This document shows positions 51,670-64,000 of a DNA stretch of 64,000 bases, one piece after another. The notes below the pieces were generated by a model. That model saw only the letters and a list, made by a program, of their open reading frames with translations. It had not been told where the DNA came from and did no database searches. Position numbers and translations under genes: made by a program. The DNA is from Gnetum montanum (Eukaryota; Plantae; Gnetophyta). Where the stretch lies: the NCBI GenBank assembly GCA_015680685.1, contig MNCI01003377.1, forward strand, positions 764,708 through 828,707, in the 5' to 3' direction. Each line of letters opens with the position of its first letter. Position 1 is the first letter of the stretch.

Positions 51670-54600
51670 CAAAATCTTTAAAAATCTTGAAATATTCAAG
51701 AGCAATAGCTTCAAAAGTGAATTTTGAGAGACCAATCTCCAACCTACGAAGAAATTCCTCTTCGCTCATGTTGACCCAATCAATATCTTCTAAGTCAAAT
51801 CTTGGTAAGATTTTTCCCTTCTCCACATCAATCCACTTAGGCAGAGCATGGGAAAAAGTAGTTGTATAAGTCTTCCTAGATAAGATTATGATCTAAGAAG
51901 TGGAAGAATCAATAATGATAACTGACTCTTTAAACCTACTAAAAATACCTTCCACACCTATGCCTTGCATAAACAACTCATATGTACAGTGCACCATAGC
52001 CTCCTCATGTCAACATTTCATATAATTTTTCTTCTCCATTTTGTAGAGCCTCTTATGAGCTTTCTACTTCTTTTTCCACTCTAGCACCTAGGCACAAAAT
52101 TTCTGCCACTGCTATGTCCTGCAAACCATCATCTCTAACTACATGTCTTTCTCTAAGCTACTATTGGATAGAGCAATCTTCCTTTAGATGGCTTTCTAGT
52201 AGTGATACCACTCAATATCATTTGTGCATAAGGAATCCCTATTAGCTACATGAGCTTCCATGAATTCTTTTCAATCTCTAAGGCTTCTAACTTCATCTAT
52301 TAGCTTCTTGTTTTATTTTTCCAACATCACAATGTGTTCCCACAAAAACTTGTTAGAATGTTGTAACTCCTAAAATTTTTCTATGCATAATGTAGTACAT
52401 TTTGTATCCCCCTCATATAATTTCTATGAAACATTCTCTACATCAAATGTTAGCATAGAAAACTTATCAAACTCGATTTCCTATGAAAAATTCCATCTAA
52501 TCTTAGAAACTTTCACAACCAAAAATAGAAATAGCCAAAAAACAAAAAAAAATAGAAAATTATTATAAAACCATGAAAACATAAAGTTATCAAAACATGA
52601 AAACACAAAAGATATACAAACTAAAAATTTAAAACAAAAATATTTTCACTTTTCTAACTAATATTAGGAGCTAGCTATTATAGCCTATCAACCATTTCAT
52701 TTGCTATTTCTCTCATGCAATTCATCTTGTCTAGTGCTTCTGTCCAAGGGTTAGAGAAGAATGTGGAAGTTTCTAGAGAAGGTTCATGCCCTGTAGTAGC
52801 CACAACAAATTAAAATCACCCATATTTATGAAATGAATAAAACTTAAAAAAACATAATGCACAAAAAAATTTTAACATAACTAAAACTTACTAGGAAGAT
52901 ATGAGATACACCAATCAAAGGGTTGCTTTCTAAAGATAAATCATCTAAGATGGAATGTAAGACATCTTGTGCTTTTTCTTTGTGTCATTTCTCTTCTTGC
53001 ATAATAGCCCTAGCTACCAACTCTTGCTTTTTCACTGCAACAAATCTAAAGCTAAAAAAAAAAAAATCGTAAACATTTTTATAAATAAAACATAATAAAA
53101 AATTAATGTTAAAATAAAAAAATTAAAATTAAATATATATATATATATATATACATATCATCAACTTGACTAGGCTTGTTGAACCAAAACATCAGTTTCC
53201 TAGGTGCCTACTAGTTAGTAGCTATGACATTTTCTTCAACTCCTTTTCTTTTTATCCTTTCCTTAGCAACACCATCTAATTCTACATGTGACCTTTTGGT
53301 CCTTTCTACCTTGCCACATGTAGAATGGGGCTTAATTTCCATGCTATCATGGAAATAATCACATAAATCACTAACATTCTTAGTGGTAATAGATAGTGAT
53401 TCACCTACATCCTCCACAAGTGGGCCTTGGGCATGCATTAAGTGAGCAATATGCTTAGACCAAGGCTTGAAAAGTTGGAAAACATCACGTGCTACCCACT
53501 TTCCATCTTTCTTGATTACCAAAAAATTTGCAAACCTTCTAAGATATACACTAAAAAATATAAAATGCATATGATACACTAAATTGAATTTGTTATGAAG
53601 TTTTTGTACTTCATCCATTAGACCCGTAACCAACAAAGTGACCCAATCAAACCTAGTACCATCTATCAACATATTTCTCATAGCCCAAGCTTATGGTACT
53701 CCTATGGTATTCTTCTGTAATAATAGCATGGAAAAAACTCTAGAGCAGAACAGAGGATATAACTCATTCACCTCCTTAATATTACAATTATTAAAAAATA
53801 ATATTATACCAAGAGGCAATTTGAGCCAAGCCTCCATATCCTCTCCATCTTTCCTTTCTCTAATGGCCACCTTAACCCCATTAGCTGGTACACTGAAGAA
53901 ATTATTAAACATTTTCTCATCAATACTTAAAACTACAAGAAAACCATAAACCCAAGTCAATAATTTTTTAACTCCCTCATCGAAAGAATCAAAGATATTT
54001 AACATCTCAGCCTATGGCATAGATGGACTAGGGAATAGAAACAAATCAAGAAGGACTATGTTCATTATTCTTTACTGCATATATGAGAAGGCTTCATTTG
54101 ATAACCATTCTTGTGCTTTGTCTACTTCATCCTACTTGAGAAGAATCTTTCCCTCAATACAACCAAAAGTTACCATGGTGATTGTAGACTCATGCACAAA
54201 ATCTATAACATATGACATAGTTAGCCTATTATCCTATTAAATAGCAACCAAACTAATGTATCCCATAGTAAATCATAAAACTAAAAAAAATGTTAAAATA
54301 TAAACCATGGAAACATGAGAATAAATTTCACTTACTTGACTTGGGCAAAGCTAAAACCTTGGGTTAAATTAATCTACAAGCTGCTAAATCTTGAAGATGC
54401 CAAATTTTATGTCTATGTTTGATAGTCATACATTTTTGGTTCACTTGGAAATATTGCATCCAATACGTAGCAAACTCTGCATCAAAATGTTTAAGCACTT
54501 GTACTCTAATGTTATCTCCTTATTTGAATTCCTCCAAGGTTATGCAGACTAAGCATAAGGTCTAGTCATTTGACACCAATCCTCCACTATGCACCTTAAA

Positions 54601-56587
54601 CCTACAATTTAAAATTTAAAATTAGTCAAGAAAATAGCATTAAAATTAAAAAAAACATGTGGAGTTAAGACAAAATTTATCCTTTCAACATGTGGACATT
54701 TCCAAGAGGACTTTGCAATAGAGTGATTATTCTATGATCCAACATTAAGGTGTTCTTTGCATTGTACTAGGAATAAATGGGCATTTCCCATATATGAAAT
54801 AATTGCTGAATCTCTACATAGTACGAATTTTTGTTTTGCTCTAGTTTCATCTAGGTCTAAGGATCATCGATCATGTTGCAGAGGATGTAATTGGAAGATC
54901 CTACCACAAGAGTCTTTGTGATCACAGCTACAACATCTATGGCCAAGTTTGACCACATTATCATACTGAAATGCTATAGTAAGTATATTAGGAACTCTCT
55001 AGCACTAGGCCTAAACCATGCATGGGTTTGCTCATTAATGGTCATATCAAGAATTAAACTATTATGGGAAGCCATTGCAGTATAGCACAAAATGCCTACC
55101 ATTTCCTCAACAACCAAAATGGGTTTTAGCATAGCCTTGCACATAGCCAAAATATGCAACCATTAAATCATTAAACCTTTAAAATCACAAGCAAAAAATA
55201 AAAAAAAAACTATCCTCAAGAGTGGTAGCATTAACATAGAAACATAAACTTAAAAATAGCCAAGCATATCAGCATAGCTACAACTACAATTTAAGTCAAA
55301 ATTAGGCCTTTACACATCTCACTTACACAACAATGTCAGATTTGATATTTGGACAGATATTTGACATAGAAAAAATTTAGTTTGATACGTTGTTAATTAA
55401 TTAACATGAAAACAAGATATTTAACACTTTGAAAATCCAAGTTTAACATTTTTTCAAACAATTCACATGTATAACATCAAATAAGCATTTTTACAAATAG
55501 GTGATACTAAACCAAATTTTCACAAAAATAGGTGGCTAAGATTGATAGTGCTAGAGCTTGGTGAGTAGAAAATTTCCAAAAGACATGGCTTAAGAGCTAT
55601 AACAATGCCAAACACTACATATGTGAAAAGAATAAGTTAAAAAACATAAAATTTTTTGATTCTAGAAGCCCATACGTTGTCATTCTTCCATAGAAAAAAA
55701 TTCCAAAGTACCCTGTATGTTGTCCTATTAATCTAGGGAGGGTTATATGTTGCTCTAATAAGGCTAAGTCATTCACACACTAACAACAAGACTAGTTAAA
55801 ACCCATAATACTTAATCAAAGCCCCAAGCACTCAAACATTGTTAAAGTGGACTAGAAAAAAATTCAAAACCTTGTTTTCAAGCAAGCAATTGACCAATGC
55901 AAGTCCCAAGGCTAGAAAAAATATCTTAAAAATCTTTTAAAATTATTTTAAACCATAAATCTAGTTAACATTGCTAGAACAACCCAAATTAACCACAATG
56001 CTACACTTACAAGTGTAAGAAAGCCCCAAATTTTACAAAAATTGACTGAAAAAAACCCTATTTTGTAGGTGATTGACTATAGAAAAAATCAAAAAAAATT
56101 ATAAAAAATACAAACATGCCCTGGAACCCTTCAAAATTGCATCTACCCTACCCATAGCTCAAGGATGCTAATCATATGTGGTCAAAACCCCACCAATGTT
56201 GTTAATCTAGCTTAGAAATACTTACAAATGTTAAAAAAAACAAACCTATGAACAAAACACTACATATTGGGCCAAGAAAAATTTAAATCTTTACCATCAA
56301 AAATCTAAAAAATCTAATTTCATTCTTATGATGGCTAAAAAGCCCTAGACAGTTAATCTATATAGTCAAAATTTAAAAATTCTATCACAAATAGGCCAAA
56401 AAAATTCAAAACATAGCCAATCCAAGTTGGAAAACAAAGGAAAATGCAAAGAAAATTGGTACCTAGAAGTCAATGACAAATATATTTCTCCTATAGATGG
56501 ATTGGATAGCCTTGATACAATCCTCATAGCCTCCTCTACTTCTTTTAGTCCTAGATTTTGGCTTGCTGATCCATTCCTTTTCACCAT
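51670..56587 (-). pseudogene. Antisense ~7-exon cargo gene of A2: FCP1/NIF-like domain, plant-transposon-like domain, coiled coil (~950-1000 aa if reconstructed)
   Basis: Predicted exons 56587-56463, 55136-54681, 54601-54336, 54233-53155, 53045-52892, ~52800-52650, 52369-~51670, separated by T-rich introns, several with GTAAG/TAG ends. ORFs 54974-55159, 53691-54005, 53211-53681 and 51602-51826 fall within the exons. Confidence 0.75.
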
Positions 56588-58047
56588 AGTTGCTAGATCT
56601 TAGAAGCTCTACCTCTAACTGCCATAAAGAGAAGCCCAAGATTCCTGGGTTTTCTTGAACTCATTAATAATAGGAGGTAGGGAAGGTCATATTTTCTTGC
56701 ATTTGCTATGTAATGGAGTTCTATAATCCTAGTCTAGCTCTCACACACTACACCAATAAAATAAAAAATGTGATTAAGCTCATACATTGGGTTTTGAGGG
56801 TAAAATATTCTTTCTAGCTCCTACATGCTATGTATGGATTCCAAAAAAACCAAGGGCTACCCCAAATACACTAGGGATGGAAAATAAAAAATGAAATTAG
56901 ATTCATACATTGGTTTTTGTTGGAAGATTTGATTATTCTTGTCCACCTACTACTAACATGATCAATTTTGGTGATATGTGTGCCCCATAGATCATGAGCA
57001 GAAATACCTAGGATTCCACATGCTAGGACTATAAAATTTAATATGAAATTTATTTCATACACTTCCATATGTTGGAAAATAAATTCTTTATTATCCCATA
57101 CATTGTCCATCGAGCTCCCACACATTGCCATATGCACCCCATACAACCTAGGAAAATTCACCAAGGGTTTCACATGCTATGGATGTGAAATTAACTAAGA
57201 AATTAATCCCATGCACTACATTCTAGGATGAAATTGACATCTAGAGCTTCATACGCTATCAAACTAGTCAAACAAGATGATAGGTAGGCCCCATAATTCT
57301 AGAACCTAGACATCAAGTGTTAAACATGTTGGACATGTGAAATTAACAATGAAATTAGCTTGTATACACTATCAAGCCTAAACCCAAAGTTCACATGCTA
57401 CCTAAACTAGCCAAATACAAGATCATGTGGGTCCCATAGCTCCCTACCTAAGGTACCAAGAGTTAAAAATGTCGTAGTAGCTTGTTTGATAGCTTGTTTC
57501 AGATAAACAAGTTATCAACCTAGTTAATATTGATCATACGCTATCTAGAATGGCCAAACAAGCTATGAACACATCTCACATTGTCCATATGATATCATAC
57601 AAGCCTAGAGAAGCTAATAACCTAGTCAACAATGCCCACAAACTATCATACCAAGCCAAACATGCTATCAACCTAGCCTAGGGCACATCCAAGCTATCCA
57701 AATGGGACACACACACTATCAACCTAACCCAAGGTGATCACATGCTACCCCACTAGGCCACACATGCTATTAATATGACCCAAGATGTTCAAACACTATT
57801 ACACTAGCTCATACACAATAGGAATAAGAATATTTATCCTTTTGCAGCTTGCTTGACCTAAAAACCCATTATTTTATTCATTTATAGCTTGTTTTCATTG
57901 ACTTTTAGCTTATGTTGACCATATAATGATTTTAAAAAATCAATAGTATCATTTATTCATTAATTTTACACTATTTTACCTTGTTTTAGCCTCATTTGAC
58001 ATATTTGACCATACAAATGTCATTTAATATGTTTTTGTTGATGTACA

Positions 58048-60913
58048 AGATCAAACTATAAATACATGAGAACAATTCAACTTACCCTTAGGCCTAAATG
58101 GACACTCTGGTTATGTCAACTAATCAATTAACCTTGAATGCCTAGAGCTCAAGCTTGAAAGCCTATTTGACCACATAGCCTCATTAGAGAAGTCCTTAGA
58201 ATGGCCTGATTATATAGTCAAAACCCTTAACTTAGAGACCGTAGACATTACAAAAAATTATCTAGTTGAAGTTCCCATTACACCCCATAATGATGAGAAA
58301 ACACTAAAACTATGTTGAAAATCTAATGGTAAAGTCTAAGATAGCCAATGACCATGCACAAGATTAAACTTAGTCTTTCAACATTATCTTAAGTATAAAC
58401 TTCAACTCAACCCCAAGAAGTATGTCTTTGGCGTTAAAATTGGAAAAATTAATGGTTTTGTATTCTCTGATGAAGGAAGACAAGTTGATCTTGATAAGGT
58501 TAAGACCATAATCAATATGTTGGTACCTAGCAACCTTAAGGAATTATGTGGCTTATAAGTTATATTGTAATTTATTTGTAGGTTATCTCAAGGCTTACAC
58601 ACAAGCTACAAATCATGCAACACTTGACCAAGAAAGGAGTTCACTATGAGTGGACAAACAAGTGACAAAAATCCTTTGATAGTATTAAGCAAGATTTAGC
58701 CTAGTTTTCGACTATGTATCCTCCTTAGAAATATAAATCATTTTACATCTACCTTACAATATCTAATATATCCATAGCCTCTTTGATCTATCAAAAACAA
58801 GGGGATGGAGTAGAGATGCTCATTTACTACTTGAGCTATGCCTTGGTAGCCTATGAGACTCAATACATCAAAGTCAAAAAACATTGCCTAGCCTTCATCT
58901 CTCCTTGAAGAAGTGAAGGCACTAGCTCTTTAAGAGTCAAATTAATATCATATGTAGGGACAACGTATTGAGATCCATCATGACAAACATCTAAGATAGT
59001 AGTTGAATAGCTTGATGGAAATCCATAATAGCCAAGTTATACTTACACTATATATCCCATGAAATAACAAAGGTTAATCCATAGCCACACAACACACCAC
59101 TCTCCAATTGAAGATAACATGACCATAGATCCTAAATTTCCTGTTGAACATGTCAACATTGTCAACAATGGACCCAAAGGCTATAAGGCCATTATGCACT
59201 TTGATAGAGCTTCCACTACATATGGAGCTACTGCTTCTATCATCATTACACTTCCTTATAGTGAAATGCAATCTTTTTCCTATCATTTTAAGTTCTTGTG
59301 TAACAACAATGTGGCAAAATATGAAGGGTTAATCAAAGGGTTGATAATAGCTCATAACCAAGAATTTACATGCTTGATTATAAAAGGTAATTATTAATTA
59401 GTGGTTAACCAATTAACTAAAGTGTATACTTGCAAAGAAAAATACTTACAACCATACTATGACTTATCCAAAACACTCTTGCAATAGTTTATAGATGTTA
59501 ACATTTAACACATTCCCCAAGTCAAGAACATGCTAGCTGATGCCATTACTATCTTAACCCTAAGTGTGATTCTTGATGTGTTTAGTAAGTTTCCTTCCAT
59601 GACAAAAAACTATGCTTATTCCATCATGTAAAACACTAAAATAATTCCATAGCAGCCATAGATAACATTCTTTACCACAAATGGTATGATGACATCAAGT
59701 TTTATCTCATGCATGGTGAGCCTTCACAAAACTTAAATGCTTCTTAAAAGGACACCATACATAAATGATCAAAACAATATGTCATTGTAGTCAATAACAC
59801 ATTATGTTAAAGGTTCTACGATGGTGTAATTTTAGTATGCTTAAGTAAAGAAAAAGTCTATTTAGTGTTAGAATAGATACACAATGATAGATGTGGATGA
59901 CATATTGGACCTAGAGCTATGGCTGCTAAAATTAGATGCCTAGGATACTATCATTCCTATATGGAAAGTGATTGCCTACAGAAGGTAAAAGCTTGTGATA
60001 CTTATCAAAGGCACAACAACCTCATGCATGTACCACCAACTGAGTTACACGCCATGTAGATTACATGATCATTTTAATGATGGAAAATTGATATAATTGA
60101 ACCAATAACTCCTATATCCTATATAGGGTATAGCTTAATCATCACTACAACTAAGTATTTTACAAAGTGGGTTGAAGATATTTCTTTGAGAAAAACAATA
60201 GCACAAGTCTATAAATTCATCCTAGATAACATAGTATATCACTTTGACCTACCCCTAATCATTGTTACAAATAATAAACCTCAATTTAGTAGCCAAGAAA
60301 TGCAAGCCCTTTTTCAATACATTAAGCACTCTATTTCATCACCTTACTACCCATAAGAAAATGTCCAAGCTAAAACTAGTAACAAGATCATCATCAACCT
60401 CCCAAAGAAAGTACTAAGCAATGGTAAATGTAGATGGCATGAATAAATCTTTTATGTACTTTGGGCCTATAGGACAATATTTCAAACTATAACAAGTGCC
60501 ACACCATATGGCCTAGTTTATGGATCTAAAGCTATTTTGCCTCTTGAATTATAGGTTCCATCCTTGAGGGTATCTCTGTCTAATTACATTAATGATAAGC
60601 ATAATAATGAGCTATTTATCATTGACCTAGATTTAATGAAAGAGCAACAAATGCAACTACTTTCTTACATTGAACAATACTAATAAAAGAAAAAATAGCA
60701 TTAACAGCATAATGAAAACTAGTGGAAAGTCAAGGAAGAAGAACTTATACTTAATATTATTTGTGAACAGGTGCACAAATTCTCAGCCAATTGGAAAATA
60801 TCTTTCCTGGTCACCAAATCCTATGGAAATGGAGCTTTTAAATTGGCAAACATGGATGGAAATGAATTATCTAATCTAGTTAACCATTCCTATCTCAAAC
60901 TTTATTATATCTA
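58048..60913 (+). pseudogene. pol: pol of A2 (~600 bp of RT deleted at ~58310), RH, aRH, integrase
   Basis: Collinear with 34965-38440; aRH in ORF 59119-59397 (MHFDRAS...FLCNNNVAKYEGLI); integrase YFTKWVE and ATPYGLVYG. Confidence 0.9.
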
Positions 60914-61765
60914 ACGTTGACCTATATTCCTGTAGCCTTTGTTTACCTTTGTTCATAGGTTTGGACAAATGATTGACATTGATAACTCTAGTAGCCTACA
61001 ACAAGTGAGCTACATGACCTCCTATCTCCTTGGCATCTCAAAACAATGCAAAATTTGTGTAAATCTTCAAAGCAAGACATAGAGTTCTCATGTTCTATTG
61101 ATTATATCTCATGATGGCCTATATTTTTCTGTTCTCTCATGTAACTTCATGTAACCTCTTGTAATCGCATGTATTCTTTCACTTATTCTCCTATCCTCTT
61201 AGAATTTTTTTTGCAAGATGATCTTGGAGTCATCACAAAGGTATGACTCATCACAACATTGAGTTACCACATGATTTCAACACATGATATTTGACTAGCT
61301 TGTTCAAACTTACCAAAAATGTTAACCTAACATCATTTCCATTACCACTTCTGAGTCATAGCCCTATAATCAAACTTTAACCCTCCTTTCTTTGCTAACA
61401 AAAGAAACCTATGTTTAACATTCATGCATCATGGCCATGTGATATTCTTGACATGCTCAATCATCATGTTTGCTAAATTTATAGACTCTTCATTCAACAA
61501 TAAAACAAAAACATTCAGCCTTACAATGAAACCTAATGAAGGTTTCACTCACAAAAAAAGTTGTGAAAATTCCAAAAAATCCAAGACATCAATGTAGCTT
61601 AAAGTTAAATAAATCAATGGCTCAAAAATAAGAAGAAAAAGAGATAAGTGGTAAAAATGCCCAAAAATAAAGTTTTGGTTTCTCTAGACATCATCAAGTA
61701 ACTAGAAGTTCAAGCATGAAGCATGAAGACCTCATCAACTAGTTTACATGTTACTATGACATAAC

Positions 61766-64000
61766 TAATGAATCATCAGTTGGCTAGGATATCTGACAAA
61801 AAGTTAATTTCTAGTCAACTAAGATATCTTAGCCCTAATCTATTAGCCCTGATATCTTGCCTTTGATATCTTAGCTCCAATATCTTGGCTTCAATATCTT
61901 AGCCCTGATATCTTGGCCCTAATATCTTGGCTCTGATATCTTGGCTTTGATCTCTTGACTCCAATATCTTAGCCCTAATATCTTAGCTTTGATATCTTAG
62001 CCCTGATATCTTAGCTCCTATATCTTAGCTCCAATATCAGATCACATTCTAGGTTATTAGATATCTAATATCAAGGGATGTGTGCTAGCCTATAAATATA
62101 ACACTTGGGCACATGATTTGGACATAAGTAAGTTAATAGAGTAGCTGAACTCTTGTAATTTTATTTCATAGTCTTAGAGAATAGTTAGTGAGTGCCTGTA
62201 TTATGGATTTGAGTCAATTTTATAGTGTCTTATTCAAGTGGTAATGTACCTAGACACATTCCATGAATGATAATAAGATTGAGATTAATTCTTATTCATT
62301 ACGGCACTTTAACTTAGATTATATTTACTTTCCATTCAATTTAATTTTCATGTACTTAGTTAATATTTACATTTCCATGCATATTAATAAATTGGTGGAA
62401 TAAGCACAACCAATTTCAAGCATAAACACATATTCCCTTGGTAACCCTAGTAGCATTATTATTCGGTTCACCCAATAGCATAGTGCTTGGTAATCCTAGT
62501 AGTGGATACATGGGTTTAGGATGTGCATGACAAGGGGGAAAAATACACATCGCATGTAGGCTAGTTTAGAATTTACTTTCTATTGTTAATTAGCTTAATT
62601 AATTAATCTCTTTATTATCATTAAGAGTAGCTTAGGGTCATACAACATCAAGAATCATATGCACCACTCTAAACTAAACCATACATGACAAAGCTACCAC
62701 TAGTCCAAGTGGGAAGATAGTTAACTATAGTCAAGGCATAAAAATTTAGATGCACAACTAGTCCCATCCATGAAATTTGACTGGATCGTGCATGAAGGCT
62801 TGTAATTCGTATGGTTAGGCATATGGGTACCTTGTCGCTCATGATTGGCACTATTTTTAGGGATGGTTCTAGTTTTCTAGATTAGTTCCATTATACACAA
62901 TCATTGTAAAGGTATTAATGATCTATCTCTTAGAAAATATTCATATTTTAAGTCATACACATTATCAGGTAAAATCATTTCCTCTTCACGTAGGACCGAG
63001 ATTACATCACATGATGAAAGGACTCATAGTAGAAATAATAAGATCTATAGTAAAGAAAATTGGAGTGAAAAACCTCAAGCAAGGGTTTCCTATGCTCATT
63101 TAGACCCTTACTACACTCAAGGACTAGGTTCACCTAAGTTAAAAAATCCTAGAGGACATGGAGTAAGTCCTAGATCAAGGAGGGCCTTAAGGCCTAGGAC
63201 CTCCTCAAAACCTAAAAAAGATAAATCAAGGGACCATGGAAAACACTATAGAATCCATGGTGATTATTCTAGTTCCTCATCTTCCTCTTCCTCTTCAACA
63301 TCTAGTTCAAATGAAGATGAACATAGGTATAGAGATAGAGCTTCACTATGGCGTCAAGATAAAGATAGAAATTAAAACCAAGGGAAAAATCAAAGAAATT
63401 AAAGTGAACATAGACAATATCATCATAATTAGACAAAAAATATAGATTATCACCATGATGTGTCTAGTACAGATGAACCCTTGTTGGCTACTAGGGGCCT
63501 AACATAGATTAGGGAGGCAATTCAAATACCCCAAAGGCATCAAAGGGATAGTCACATCAAATGGCTTGACATGAACAACATTCCTAAATTTAGGGAAGGC
63601 TATAATTCTGATCTACAACATCACTTACAAGCCTTCCATGATGCCTATGCCTTGCAAAATATCAAAAATAAGTTGCAAAAGCTTAAGCTCTTCCCTAGGA
63701 CACTAATAGATGAAGATGAAAGTTGGTATAGATCATTGGAACCAAGTTCCATCCACCAGTGGTCCACAATGCTACTTTTTAATGAAAAATAATAGACCTA
63801 TGTGAGAGTGTCCAACCTAAGAAAAAAATCCAAGAGTGGAAGCAAGAAAATCATGAACCCTTGGATGTGGCCTTGGATAGATACTATTCACTACTACATA
63901 GATGTCCCAACCATGATTTCTCTCAAAAAGAACAACTTTTCCACATCATAGATGGGCTCTATAATGAAACAAGGGAGACCCTTGGGATTTATGCCCAAGG
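61766..64000 (+). mobile_element. 5' part of a second family C element inserted in the A2 3' UTR: LTR 61766-62844, PBS 62846-62863, gag from ~62950 to the window end
   Basis: t(a)atgaatcatc start matches the family C LTR start; U5 is homologous to 42184-42450 (reverse complement); gag ORF 63571-63792 matches ORF 49075-49470. Confidence 0.88.
61822..62040. repeat. 14-bp minisatellite (gatatcttagccct-like, ~15 copies) in the LTR U3
   Basis: Directly visible; lies just upstream of a cctataaata TATA-like box at ~62089. Confidence 0.9.

Noticed and set aside
51365-53154. (TA)n microsatellites at ~51367 and ~53135
   Set aside because: Ordinary short repeats with no further signal.
51670-56587. 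Functional host phosphatase gene
   Set aside because: Multiple stops, frameshifts and decayed splice sites, and it recurs at the same position within a second retroelement copy, so it is treated as TE cargo pseudogene.

Overview
Eukaryotic plant intergenic DNA, AT-rich and strongly CpG/CHG-depleted, made almost entirely of nested, decayed LTR retrotransposons. The host is probably a gymnosperm, inferred from a TatII-type domain order. I find no intact host gene, tRNA, rRNA or CRISPR array. Four families can be separated. (A) An Ogre/Tat-like Ty3/gypsy family in four copies: A1 gag 3121-5985; A2 split into 23129-24465 + 40729-42183 + 50919-61765; A3 29451-40728; and a young, CpG-rich copy A4 at 24466-29450 on the minus strand. 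(B) A TatII-type element at 5986-19348 with ~4 kb LTRs, a tRNA-Asn PBS and GAG-PR-aRH-[RT deleted]-RH-INT order. (C) An Athila-like family: a complete pol-less element at 42184-50918 with a perfect CTTGT TSD, a 3' LTR at 430-1303, and a 5' part at 61766-64000. (D) A copia/SIRE-like 3' fragment at 19349-22277. Two observations stand out. First, family A carries between protease and RT a multi-exon ANTISENSE gene, with exon sizes and splice positions conserved in two diverged copies, encoding an FCP1/SCP (NIF) HAD-phosphatase-like domain, a plant-transposon domain and a coiled coil. Second, the young copy A4 has about 17 copies of a short hairpin+AAACT motif with compensatory stem changes and variable loops and linkers. 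All coordinates and alignments were made by eye and may be off by a few bases.
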